This document shows positions 45,539 to 54,431 of a stretch of 64,000 nt of DNA, piece after piece. Position 1 is the stretch's first letter, and each line of letters starts with the position of its first letter. The translations under genes and the position numbers were made by a program. The stretch is from sequence record NC_135731.1; one strand, given 5' to 3'. A model generated the notes under the pieces. The model saw only the letters and a list, made by a program, of their open reading frames with translations. It searched no databases and was not told where the DNA came from. The stretch comes from a phage.

Positions 45539-45772
45539 TCAACTATTTTCAAAAAATTTTTCTGCTGTGATATTCTTCCCGGTAGGGTTCGCTACTTTCA
45601 AAATTCTATCATGCACCGGACGCCCGAAAGAATAAGATCCGTATACAGTAAACCAATAATCACCGTCAGGCTGTACTATTACCGCCGCATATGGTACGCC
45701 TTTCTCGTTATTGCTAACAAAATAGATCACATTGCCATTAATAGCCTCGGTGCGTTTAATTTGTTCCATCAT
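45539..45772 (-). CDS. hypothetical protein (77 aa)
   Basis: ORF with AGAGAGG RBS. Confidence 0.45.
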   Translation of the reverse strand: MMEQIKRTEAINGNVIYFVSNNEKGVPYAAVIVQPDGDYWFTVYGSYSFGRPVHDRILKVANPTGKNITAEKFFENS

Positions 45773-45836
45773 GATGATTTACCTCTCTTTATTTTCATAA
45801 TTTTATGCTGTAGGGGCCTTTTCGGCCCCGCCAGGT

Positions 45837-46121
45837 TTATTTATTGATAGCGTGCAGCGGGAAAGCTACGCCAGGTTGATAAATAACCTTTACAACCTCA
45901 TCAGGACAAAAGAAGTTGCAGAACTCACCGCAGTAGGCCTCATCCTCTTTCAACTCTTCATTAACATACTCAAAAAAGTAGTCGATGCTTGGATAATCCT
46001 GGCCGGGATTATAGTCAACCATCGTTAATAATAACTCTTGATCATTCCGTAGGATATGCATACCCGCTTTTAAGTATTTTGCTTCCATTTCTACTACATC
46101 GCCAGCGGTAACAATAGCCAT
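45837..46121 (-). CDS. hypothetical acidic protein (94 aa)
   Basis: ORF with GGAG RBS. Confidence 0.45.
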   Translation of the reverse strand: MAIVTAGDVVEMEAKYLKAGMHILRNDQELLLTMVDYNPGQDYPSIDYFFEYVNEELKEDEAYCGEFCNFFCPDEVVKVIYQPGVAFPLHAINK

Positions 46122-46322
46122 GATTTTAACTCCTATCTATCTGGTCAATGATTGGGGGCCTCCCCCTCGACAACTCTTATTATCCATATTGTCGGGAATG
46201 ATGCAAGTACTTCTTTAAAAATTTTTTAAGCTCCTTAGGGCCGTTGTAACGTCAAAACAATAAAGGCTATGCGATTGCATAGCCTGCTAGTGTTTAGGTC
46301 GCTGTAGGCCCTGCCTGGGGCC

Positions 46323-46673
46323 TTATTTTGCATTCTTGCCTGTATTGCCGCCACGGTACCAGCGTTTGCGGTGAAAATGGTAATAATCACCCTCGGCATT
46401 AAACATCAGATGATTTTCAATAACCAGCTTACGAAGGTGGGCCGGATCTTGTTCCATTCTTGCCAGATTCCGGCGGCTGTTACGTAAACGGATAAATTCC
46501 ATATTCAGGCCGTTGATTGCAGCATGGATGTTAAAGTAACCACCTTTGAGACGTTCACGCATGGTGTTAAGCTCAACACAATATACAGATTTCTCACAAA
46601 TCAAGGTATTAGCTAGGGCGCGGACCTGGGCAAGGTGGTTAAGCTCATTAAGGTAATATAATTTAACTTTCAT
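46323..46673 (-). CDS. hypothetical basic protein (116 aa)
   Basis: ORF with RBS. Confidence 0.45.
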   Translation of the reverse strand: MKVKLYYLNELNHLAQVRALANTLICEKSVYCVELNTMRERLKGGYFNIHAAINGLNMEFIRLRNSRRNLARMEQDPAHLRKLVIENHLMFNAEGDYYHFHRKRWYRGGNTGKNAK

Positions 46674-46690
46674 AAAATCACCTGTTGAAA

Positions 46691-46999
46691 TTAGTTTGAG
46701 AAAACATCGTTCACAATAGCGATCACAATGCCGCCCACCTTGTCACGGTCAACAATGCACAAATCACCATAGATCATGTGGTAGTCTGGATGATCTTTCA
46801 CAGAATAGTCAATAAGTGTTTTCTTGTCATCCAGCTTCGTAACTTCCATTCTCATAACGATATGAGAATCATCAAAGGCATTATTCCGAAAAGTCATAGC
46901 CTGACCGCCAGGGCACCCAGTGATCTCCACTTCCACACCATCTACGATCTGACCATCAAAGAAATAAAGATTATTAGCCTGGATAAACATGTCTATCAC
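46691..46999 (-). CDS. hypothetical protein (102 aa)
   Basis: GGAGTGA RBS; preceded by repeated hairpin-promoter element. Confidence 0.5.
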   Translation of the reverse strand: MIDMFIQANNLYFFDGQIVDGVEVEITGCPGGQAMTFRNNAFDDSHIVMRMEVTKLDDKKTLIDYSVKDHPDYHMIYGDLCIVDRDKVGGIVIAIVNDVFSN

Positions 47000-47047
47000 T
47001 CCTTGTTAACTGCGTGGTATTTTAACAGGGTTTAAATTTACTTTATT

Positions 47048-47098
47048 GATGGCCCTGGAGTCAAGGCCATCTAAAAATAAATTTTACAGGCCTACAAT
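47048..47098 (-). promoter_or_regulatory. repeated hairpin-promoter element, copy 1
   Basis: Conserved about 50-bp element with palindrome GATGGCC...GGCCATC; on minus strand reads TTGACT-17 nt-GTAAAT. Confidence 0.45.
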
Positions 47099-47274
47099 CT
47101 CTTTGATTCGTTTAACCGCTGCTGGGGGTAAAAATTATGGTAACCAATCACGCGAGTGATACTAATCGCCGTTTGATGATCTTCATAGTCGCCCTTGAAG
47201 ATTTCTTGACCGTCAAGCAGCACGGCAATTTTTTCTTCTTTTTTGAAGTTAATAACGCGGATATTGTTGCTCAT
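47092..47274 (-). CDS. hypothetical protein (60 aa)
   Basis: ORF with GGAG RBS. Confidence 0.4.
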   Translation of the reverse strand: MSNNIRVINFKKEEKIAVLLDGQEIFKGDYEDHQTAISITRVIGYHNFYPQQRLNESKRL

Positions 47275-47520
47275 TTTGTTTCTCCTTTCTGGTTTTTGTG
47301 GTGGTGGGGATTAGCTCCACCGTTGATTGTTATTATCCACATTCCGGACCGGATTGCAACACCCCGGAAGAAAAAATTTTTTTTTAAAAGATAGGCCCCC
47401 ATGATCGGGGGCCGTTATCAGTTACTTACAGCGATAAAATACATCCCTACGCCTAACAATATTTCAAGGGCGATGATCTCAAGCCATACCATAGCACGGC
47501 GCGCCTTATCGGTGCGGGGC

Positions 47521-47706
47521 TTATCCTTGGTTGTCATCGTCTCCCTCTTCCCTCCTGTTAGCAGTTACGTGGTTTGCAATGGCCCCCAGGAGTATTATCA
47601 CCACGCACATTGCAAGAAAAATTATCTCTGTCGTTGTTCGATCCATTGTTATAAAATTCCTCAAGATCAGGCCTGAAAATAAAGCGTTCGTTATTGAATC
47701 CGTCAC
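47521..47706 (-). CDS. small membrane protein (61 aa), tentative
   Basis: Hydrophobic core LAMCVVIILLGAIA; overlaps alternative-frame ORF. Confidence 0.3.
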   Translation of the reverse strand: MTDSITNALFSGLILRNFITMDRTTTEIIFLAMCVVIILLGAIANHVTANRREEGDDDNQG

Positions 47707-47756
47707 GCCAGGCGGCTGGCTTCAAATCTTCACTAAAGGGATTAATTAACGTGGCA

Positions 47757-48161
47757 TTATTTAAACGGTTGGCCCACATATTTTCTATTCCTCTCAAATA
47801 GGCGATCCGCCTCAGTTAAACATATCTCATGGGCTTGATCTCTGGTTTTAGCCTCATCAAAAACCTGTTGTGCCAGGCTGCAGCGTAGGGAGACTGGAAG
47901 ATCACTATAATAGGCGTTGACAAACGTTTGAGCGTCGTACAGGTCTGAAAATACTTTACCCTTTCTATTATTCCCCTTGTCAACAATTGCAAGGATAACC
48001 AATACAGTAGTTGCGACTACCCCCAGGAAAATAGATATAATAAACCATAAAAAGGCGGATCTTCCCATCTTGCCAGCGATCCAGGCGTTAAACAAGGCAA
48101 CCAATACAGCCAAAATAATAAATTCCATTCTATGTACCTCTTTTACAGTTCTGATTAACAA
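47757..48161 (-). CDS. membrane protein (134 aa)
   Basis: Two hydrophobic helices near N-terminus. Confidence 0.5.
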   Translation of the reverse strand: MLIRTVKEVHRMEFIILAVLVALFNAWIAGKMGRSAFLWFIISIFLGVVATTVLVILAIVDKGNNRKGKVFSDLYDAQTFVNAYYSDLPVSLRCSLAQQVFDEAKTRDQAHEICLTEADRLFERNRKYVGQPFK

Positions 48162-48192
48162 TAAGGCGGCAAATATGCCGCCTGTTACCTGA

Positions 48193-48573
48193 TTAAAAAT
48201 TATCGCCGTAAATCTTTCCGCTTTCTACCCATACCACCACGCGAGGCATACTATCCCACACGTCTTGTTTTAGATTGAGCGCGTGCAATTCTTCGGTGGT
48301 GCTCATACCGGGCACGGGCTGATTGTATACTGCAAAACGACCGCCTGCATAATCATAGGCCAGGGTTAAATCACACTGGATCATCTTTTTGATCATGGCA
48401 TTAAGCATGGCGTTAGCCGCATATTGATCACGTTTTAAAGGCAACTCTTTGATTAGTTTGCGATAGTTTTCGATATGGTCGCACACTGTTTCACGTGGAA
48501 GATCTTTCATATCCTCGCGAAAGGTAACCAGGTTAAACATAACGGTGTCAATAGCTTTAGTAGTGTTTTTCAT
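48193..48573 (-). CDS. hypothetical protein (126 aa)
   Basis: ORF with AGAGG RBS. Confidence 0.5.
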   Translation of the reverse strand: MKNTTKAIDTVMFNLVTFREDMKDLPRETVCDHIENYRKLIKELPLKRDQYAANAMLNAMIKKMIQCDLTLAYDYAGGRFAVYNQPVPGMSTTEELHALNLKQDVWDSMPRVVVWVESGKIYGDNF

Positions 48574-48662
48574 AATGTTTACCTCTTTGTTTTGTGTGGG
48601 GGCAAACGTCTTGCCCCTTGAGTTTTAATATAGCAGGTTTTTAGATTATTGCAACACTTTAT

Positions 48663-49286
48663 TTATGAAAAACTCATCTCTCCATATTCATCCACATCAA
48701 ACCGCCAATCATTGGCCTCAATAAGGCCGATCAGGTTTTCGGTAGAGAACTGTTCTAGATAGGCCTCCTCCAGGTCTACGTAAACCTTGCGGGATAGCTC
48801 CCGTACCGTCTCGGTGATCAGCTCTTCCAGATCTTCCACTTTATTTTCTTGTTTGGCGGTCAGGTATAGCCATGTAGTATCGATGTACCCGCTTACAGTG
48901 TTTTCGTGACTATAGCGGCTATATGGATCACGCTCAACGCTTGCGGATAGTTCGCCATCGTGCATTGTGCCGAACAAGTGACGAATTGATCGGAACTTGG
49001 TCAGGGCCTTTACTTTACGCAAGAATTTTTCTAAATCCACGTTTTCCGCACTGATTGACGCGCCGTCACCCTGGCACCAAAAGCCTGACCAATGTACTTC
49101 GGTATCTTCAAGGCCATACTCTGGAAAAACATATTCTTTATAGTATTCAATTACACTTTCTGCAAAAAAGTTATCCCCGCTGTGTTCTTCTCTTTCGCGT
49201 ACCATTTCAATGGCTTTTTCTTTTTGTTCGTCGGTCAGCACGTCGAAAGATAAATTGTAACCTGTGGTAATGTTAACGGTGGTCAT
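48663..49286 (-). CDS. hypothetical acidic protein (207 aa)
   Basis: ORF with AGGAGAA RBS; consensus promoter upstream. Confidence 0.55.
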   Translation of the reverse strand: MTTVNITTGYNLSFDVLTDEQKEKAIEMVREREEHSGDNFFAESVIEYYKEYVFPEYGLEDTEVHWSGFWCQGDGASISAENVDLEKFLRKVKALTKFRSIRHLFGTMHDGELSASVERDPYSRYSHENTVSGYIDTTWLYLTAKQENKVEDLEELITETVRELSRKVYVDLEEAYLEQFSTENLIGLIEANDWRFDVDEYGEMSFS

Positions 49287-49343
49287 GATATTTTCTCCTG
49301 TTTTCTTTGTTAGTGGCGGGAAGTTTTCCCGCCTATGTTTTTA

Positions 49344-49371
49344 ATTATACTTATTGAGATTTACTTGTCAA
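49344..49371 (-). promoter_or_regulatory. sigma70-type promoter (minus strand)
   Basis: TTGACA-16 nt-TATAAT on minus strand. Confidence 0.55.
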
Positions 49372-49373
49372 CA

Positions 49374-49622
49374 CTATTTTTTTAAATTATTGTGGCGCAA
49401 AATGTTTAAAATCTCCTCAACGTCATCAACACGGCGGCAATTTTTAAACGCTACCAATTGCCCCATGATTTTAATCACTGGGCGGCCTTGCCAGTGCCCC
49501 TGAAGAAAGCGCGCCTTGACTTTATCGGTGGAACTATCGCGCCACCAAATAGCCTTGTTGTTGCAGCAGTAAAAATTATTCAGGATAACATCAACTTTAT
49601 CAAAATTTTTTAATTTACGCAT
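49374..49622 (-). CDS. hypothetical protein (82 aa)
   Basis: ORF with GGAG RBS. Confidence 0.45.
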   Translation of the reverse strand: MRKLKNFDKVDVILNNFYCCNNKAIWWRDSSTDKVKARFLQGHWQGRPVIKIMGQLVAFKNCRRVDDVEEILNILRHNNLKK

Positions 49623-49841
49623 GGCGTTTACTCCTTTCTCTCTTTGATGTGGTTAGTATAGCTAACCTGTTGACGATGTCAATGATATTTTTAACGCCAT
49701 AAAACGGCCCTGGGCGATGTTTTCAGGTTAAAGGGGGGCGATTGCATAGGTGGGGGCCTTTTTGGCACTTATAGGGCCAACCAGGGGCGCTATTCGTAGG
49801 ATAGAAATAAAAAGCCCCGCCATTGTGCGGGGCGTTGGTTG

Positions 49842-50039
49842 TTATTTGTCTTTATGGCGGTATCGTTCCGCCTGTCGTTCACGTTCCAAAAGCAGGCCCG
49901 GTAATTTGCGATCATAGTGATTCCTCCAGATCTTCCCGAACCTTTTCGGCTTATTCAGTTTATTGTTACGCTGGCGGCGTTCCGGCAGCTCTTCGGAATC
50001 GTGGGGGCGCTTTACAATTTTTTCGAAATTAATTTTCAT
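49842..50039 (-). CDS. hypothetical highly basic protein (65 aa)
   Basis: Arg/Lys-rich; ATGA-coupled to upstream gene. Confidence 0.4.
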   Translation of the reverse strand: MKINFEKIVKRPHDSEELPERRQRNNKLNKPKRFGKIWRNHYDRKLPGLLLERERQAERYRHKDK

Positions 50040-50383
50040 AAATTTCCCCCTTTACTGATTTCAATATTTGCCTGAATCGCCCGGATACGCCGTTTTATAA
50101 CCTCCTGATCCTTGCAATCATATCCCCAAAAGTCTACGATCTTTGCGCCTCCGGCCTTTAGGCGGTATAGTGTTTCTTGCATCTTGTAAGCTGGGATCGG
50201 TCGCGGTGTTACCTGGTCGCCTCTCTCATCTTTGTACTTGATTATGCAGTCTTCGTTGTCGTTGAATACCCAAAATGGGTATTCTGTGAGCGCGTTGCTA
50301 TCTTTTTCGTTTTTAGATTGGATCTTGTTTACAATTAAAGCCGTAGCAATAGCGCCAATAATAAAACTAGCCCCGCTGATCAT
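50036..50383 (-). CDS. hypothetical protein with N-terminal membrane anchor
   Basis: N-terminal ISGASFIIGAIATALIV. Confidence 0.5.
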   Translation of the reverse strand: MISGASFIIGAIATALIVNKIQSKNEKDSNALTEYPFWVFNDNEDCIIKYKDERGDQVTPRPIPAYKMQETLYRLKAGGAKIVDFWGYDCKDQEVIKRRIRAIQANIEISKGGNL

Positions 50384-50456
50384 GTACTTTCTCCTTTCAT
50401 GGTGTTAATAAATTATCTTTATAGACGGCCCTGCAGCCAGGACCACCGAAAAATAA

Positions 50457-50702
50457 CTATTTCACAATGCCTACAAAACAGATCCCGCCTTCACCTATAT
50501 AAGCAATGTCGGTAATTTTATAATTTGTTAAGATCCGCGTATTCAGCTCGTTAATAAAATCGGTCATCGCGTTGGTGTAGTTGTCTTCCATGTCCAGGGA
50601 ATAATCCCAGGTGTAAACCTTTTTACGTCCGAAGCCTTTTACCATGATCCGGGCGCTTTTGGTGTTGGTGGGCGCATAATATTTTGTGATTAGTGCTGCC
50701 AT
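50457..50702 (-). CDS. hypothetical protein (81 aa)
   Basis: GAGGAG RBS; preceded by repeated element copy 2. Confidence 0.5.
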   Translation of the reverse strand: MAALITKYYAPTNTKSARIMVKGFGRKKVYTWDYSLDMEDNYTNAMTDFINELNTRILTNYKITDIAYIGEGGICFVGIVK

Positions 50703-50743
50703 GGTTTTAACTCCTCATTAGTTCAGTGTTAACAGTGTAAAGT

Positions 50744-50794
50744 TTACTTTATTGATGGCCATGGAGTCAAGGCCATCTGAAAATAAATTTTACT
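50744..50794 (-). promoter_or_regulatory. repeated hairpin-promoter element, copy 2
   Basis: Same conserved element as 47048 and 51365. Confidence 0.45.
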
Positions 50795-51131
50795 CGTTTT
50801 CTTCCAGCTCTGAAAGCTCTTCTTTCACTTCTTCCAGCTCTGTCTGCAATTCCTGGTATTCTTCATCGTCCTCAATATCCAGGCTGTCGATGTAGTCGCT
50901 AAATCCGCAGCGGTAAGCGATAGGATCTAACTCCTTGAGGATACGCGACGGAAGAAAAGAAATGTTTCCGATCATAATTTCGCCGTAGATCTCGTCTAAC
51001 CATTCATCATAGTTTTCGTCGTACTTGTCCTCGTCGATTTCAAAGTTATCGATCTTGTTCTCAAGGTCTGCGATCTGTTTTTTCAGCGCGGCGATCTGCA
51101 TAGCTTTTTCTGCGGCGGTCATAGTAGTCAT
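50790..51131 (-). CDS. hypothetical highly acidic coiled-coil protein (113 aa)
   Basis: Asp/Glu-rich; GGAGAA RBS; promoter at 51183-51210. Confidence 0.5.
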   Translation of the reverse strand: MTTMTAAEKAMQIAALKKQIADLENKIDNFEIDEDKYDENYDEWLDEIYGEIMIGNISFLPSRILKELDPIAYRCGFSDYIDSLDIEDDEEYQELQTELEEVKEELSELEENE

Positions 51132-51182
51132 GGTGTTTTCTCCTTTTGTGTGTTCTGGGAAGTTTTCCCGTTTACGTGTTTA

Positions 51183-51210
51183 AGTATACCGATTTGGGTT
51201 AGCTTGTCAA
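51183..51210 (-). promoter_or_regulatory. sigma70-type promoter (minus strand)
   Basis: TTGACA-16 nt-TATACT on minus strand. Confidence 0.5.
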
Positions 51211-51364
51211 TTAAAAATTTAAGAAAAATTTTGCAAAACTGTTGGCGCTACTCATTAACATTTGCGCCAGGATGTAACCGACAATGCAAACGATAATAGT
51301 TACCTTTGTGTATTGGCGTGCAGTGCTCATCTTAAAGCCCCCTTTTTCGCTTAGTTGAGACTAG

Positions 51365-51410
51365 TTTACTTTATTGATGGCCCTGGAGTCAAGGCCATCT
51401 GAAAATAAAC
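51365..51410 (-). promoter_or_regulatory. repeated hairpin-promoter element, copy 3
   Basis: Same conserved element; precedes a 39-aa membrane peptide ORF. Confidence 0.45.
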
Positions 51411-51815
51411 TTAATAAGTTTTCAGTACTTTCCCGTCCAACCTGTCAAGCTGGATCTCGATAGCTGTAGAAAACCTATTGTACACCACGTCGCCCATAGA
51501 ATCCAACCAGTCTATGACATTATACACTTGCTCTTTGTTCTTGCAGGTCCGGATCCGTTTCATGATGTAAGCCGGATCAATATTGGTACTCTCGTTGGTG
51601 TTCCCCTGTACCTGGTTTGCCGTATTAGTTACATCTTTAATGGCCTTTACCACCACCTGGAATGGCTTTAAGGTGCCTTTTGCGTTCATCTCACGCGCTT
51701 TTGCGGCGCGGTTGTTATATGTTACACAACGGCGGCAAATGTTGATCAAATGCATGTCAATAATTTTTTCATCGTTTGCCAGTTCGTTCATGATGCGGCG
51801 TACGTTCTTATTCAT
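51411..51815 (-). CDS. hypothetical protein (134 aa)
   Basis: ORF with AAGGAAA RBS; promoter at 51864-51891. Confidence 0.5.
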   Translation of the reverse strand: MNKNVRRIMNELANDEKIIDMHLINICRRCVTYNNRAAKAREMNAKGTLKPFQVVVKAIKDVTNTANQVQGNTNESTNIDPAYIMKRIRTCKNKEQVYNVIDWLDSMGDVVYNRFSTAIEIQLDRLDGKVLKTY

Positions 51816-51863
51816 GATCTTTTTCCTTCGTGTTGGCGGGAAACATTCCCGCCTTTTGTGTAT

Positions 51864-51891
51864 AGTTTACTTAAATTTTGCAGCGTGTCAA
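51864..51891 (-). promoter_or_regulatory. sigma70-type promoter (minus strand)
   Basis: TTGACA-16 nt-TAAACT on minus strand. Confidence 0.45.
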
Positions 51892-51897
51892 CAATTT

Positions 51898-52296
51898 TTA
51901 TTCGTGGGCGCATGTTACAATGTGCTTTTTATAGCCCAGGCGGTCAGCAAGTGCCGACAAAAACTCTTCTTCATAGATCCAGCCGTTGGCAGTGATCCCC
52001 ATAGCATTTAATGCGCTCTCAAGTGCTGCGTTAGCTTTATCATAACCGTGACCGCTCGCCTTCCCGCCAGTATAGCCGTACTTATTGTTCTTGTTGTCGT
52101 GTATCCAAAAAACGCAGTAGTGAGTGTTCCCGCTGGCGGCGGCATAATACCGGATCTCAGCTACTTCGTGCAAATTATTGTCATCGTCCAGGCCCACCAG
52201 ATTATAAGCCTTATAAAATCCACGATCACGGCGGCAGTTCTTGACATCAGAAAAAGAAAAGTCCGCATTATCAAAATTAAAGGTGGTGGTTTTCAT
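51898..52296 (-). CDS. hypothetical protein (132 aa)
   Basis: ORF with AGAGGA RBS. Confidence 0.5.
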   Translation of the reverse strand: MKTTTFNFDNADFSFSDVKNCRRDRGFYKAYNLVGLDDDNNLHEVAEIRYYAAASGNTHYCVFWIHDNKNNKYGYTGGKASGHGYDKANAALESALNAMGITANGWIYEEEFLSALADRLGYKKHIVTCAHE

Positions 52297-52360
52297 GATT
52301 TTATCCTCTTGGTGTCTTTTGTGCTTTTAGTGTATTTGGTGTCGTACTATATGTCAATAC

Positions 52361-52558
52361 TTATTTTTTATTAAACCAGTGGTTGATCTGGCCTTTTGTC
52401 AGGGCGCAACGATTAAGCTGTTGCCGGGTATAGCTCTGACCACGACGGAATTTATAAAGGCCTTGCCCGTTGTTGATGGTTACATCCACCCGGCAAATCA
52501 CTTGATCCGTGACCACCTGGCGAGTGTTGCGACGTACTTTGATTCCGTAGGCGTTCAT
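52361..52558 (-). CDS. hypothetical basic protein (65 aa)
   Basis: ORF with AGAGGA RBS; minus-strand TTGACA-17 nt-TATTCT promoter upstream. Confidence 0.45.
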   Translation of the reverse strand: MNAYGIKVRRNTRQVVTDQVICRVDVTINNGQGLYKFRRGQSYTRQQLNRCALTKGQINHWFNKK

Positions 52559-52802
52559 GATTTTTTATCCTCTTTGTTAATTAGTGCGGTGTTGTTCACC
52601 TTGCGATAATAAGAATAACAAGAACTGCCCGAGCTGTCAACCATTATGTAAAATTATTTTTTGGGTAGAATTCTCCAGCCGCCACCCCCTGCCAGGTTTG
52701 CAAGCTTTCACTCTCCCACCTGGTCAGTTAGGTCCTGCTAGGGCTGGCCCCGCCAGGTTGCAGCGGTTGACGCACTATGTTAGAAAAATTTTTTGAAAAG
52801 TG

Positions 52803-52925
52803 TTGACAACGGCCCCACCAGGTGGCACAATATACATATCGAAAGGACGGCAGGCACCGGTGACGGGGGAGACAACCACCGGGGATGGGCGCTGCATAAA
52901 ATGAGAACGGTTATCATTATCATTT
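52803..52925 (+). promoter_or_regulatory. promoter plus conserved GC-rich hairpin element (copy C), possible small RNA
   Basis: TTGACA with CCACCAGGTGG palindrome, then GGCAGGCACCGGTGACGGGGGAGACAACCACCGGGG core; no + strand ORF follows. Confidence 0.4.
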
Positions 52926-52946
52926 AAAAATTTATGCAAAAAGTCC

Positions 52947-53040
52947 TTGCTTTCTTTGTCCTGTGTGATACTATAATAACAAGCCGGGGCAGTAGGGGCC
53001 GGGAGACAATCACCGGGCCTGCCCGTTATTCTGCAAACGA
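52947..53040 (+). promoter_or_regulatory. TATAAT box plus conserved GC-rich hairpin element (copy B), possible small RNA
   Basis: TATAAT at 52973; core GGGGCAGTAGGGGCCGGGAGACAATCACCGGGCCTGCCC then GTTATTCTGC. Confidence 0.4.
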
Positions 53041-53180
53041 GAATGATTATCATTCAAAATTCTAAATGAGAACTCCTCGCATTTAATAAATTTAATTAGC
53101 ATGCTAATTACCCTCCGTAACAATTTCCTATAAAACAGTATCCCATAAAATATTCCCATATAGAAATTTTAAAAATCCAT

Positions 53181-53557
53181 TTCTGAAAACGAAAAATCGA
53201 TTTCGTCCCCAAAAATTTTAGGTCGAGAGCCGGAACGATTTCCAGAAAATCCGATTCAGAAAACGAAAAACAAATCGAGTACTGAGAAATTTATCGAGAA
53301 AAATTTTCAGAAAATTCAATCTTTGAAACGAAAAACAGATCGAGTACCTGGAAAGCTGCACCGCAACTTCAAGATAGTGGTTAGATTGTTACCATAGAAG
53401 GTCAAGGGTAAGTGGAGGGAGTTATAGTAGAAGGATGTGAGTATGTGCAGGAAATCTGTAATGGTAGTCTGGAATATGGTGCAAACGATAGGATGAGTTG
53501 TTCAGCTCATCGTGTCTACCCTGAAAAATCCATTTTAGTTTTCGATCCGTTTTCTGA
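53181..53557. repeat. iteron array (3 direct and 1 inverted copy) in 1.1 kb non-coding region
   Basis: TTCnGAAAACGAAAAAnnnATCGA at 53181, 53255, 53322 and inverted at 53539. Confidence 0.6.
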
Positions 53558-53660
53558 TTTTCTAAGAATTTTAAAATATCTGTCCTGGTGAAATATCAAA
53601 AAGGAGGAAATCCATTTTAGAAATCCTCCTTATACTTGGTATGTCAGAAATTTTCAAGTA

Positions 53661-53990
53661 TCAGCTATCTTTATTTTTAGGTTTATACATGCGGAGAGGT
53701 ATAGTCTTTGTAACATTCCACTTCCTCAACCCTTCCCAGCTCCAATTGTGGGCGTGGTATCCGGTTATGCATGCACTGCTAGAGTGATCGTAAGCATAAG
53801 AGAAAGCTAAGCGCACCAGGTGAGGCCAGTCCTTCCACGGCTGTGGCCCGTAAGCCTTTCTCCAACACCGACACAAACTAAATGTCTCAAGAATAGGCAG
53901 AATAACAAATCCATACACTATCACCAGAATGGTCAGTGCAATGATCGTCAGGAATACATACCCTGCAGTTGAAATGATGATCTCCGTCAT
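53661..53990 (-). CDS. membrane protein (109 aa)
   Basis: N-terminal hydrophobic segments. Confidence 0.5.
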   Translation of the reverse strand: MTEIIISTAGYVFLTIIALTILVIVYGFVILPILETFSLCRCWRKAYGPQPWKDWPHLVRLAFSYAYDHSSSACITGYHAHNWSWEGLRKWNVTKTIPLRMYKPKNKDS

Positions 53991-54184
53991 TTGTCATCCC
54001 CTTTCTTATGAATATAGATGTGTGAGCCTGCCTGTATATAAATTTCTCGACCATCTTCTGCAAAGATGTGGAATACACGGTCACCTTCATACTCGATACG
54101 AGATATCTTCATAATAGTTTTTCCACCTGGAATACGGATCTCGTCACCTACAGCAATGTTCCATGCGGATTTAAGCTTAAACAT
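53987..54184 (-). CDS. hypothetical protein (65 aa)
   Basis: Internal ATG (MFKLKS) after AAGGAGGG RBS. Confidence 0.45.
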   Translation of the reverse strand: MFKLKSAWNIAVGDEIRIPGGKTIMKISRIEYEGDRVFHIFAEDGREIYIQAGSHIYIHKKGDDK

Positions 54185-54422
54185 CAGCACCCTCCTTTGG
54201 GAACTTAAACTCTGGCATAGCCATATACGCCACAACAGGGTTGTGATCAAAGTAGAACTGACCGTTAATTATCCCGGTTTTACTCACATAGTTACCAGAT
54301 CCTGCAAGAACAACCTCGCAAGCTCCGAAATCTACATTGCCATCCTCATCAGCCATGGCTACGATATACTTTCCAAGAGGCATGTTTTTAACGCCGTCTA
54401 CAAATGTCCACTCTGTGTTCAT
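54177..54422 (-). CDS. hypothetical protein (81 aa)
   Basis: ORF in coupled array. Confidence 0.45.
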   Translation of the reverse strand: MNTEWTFVDGVKNMPLGKYIVAMADEDGNVDFGACEVVLAGSGNYVSKTGIINGQFYFDHNPVVAYMAMPEFKFPKEGADV

Positions 54423-54431
54423 ACTTTACCC

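Noticed and set aside
53181-53557. Possible CRISPR array
   Set aside because: Repeats are AT-rich, imperfect, irregularly spaced (about 66-72 bp) and include an inverted copy; no cas genes; better explained as iterons.
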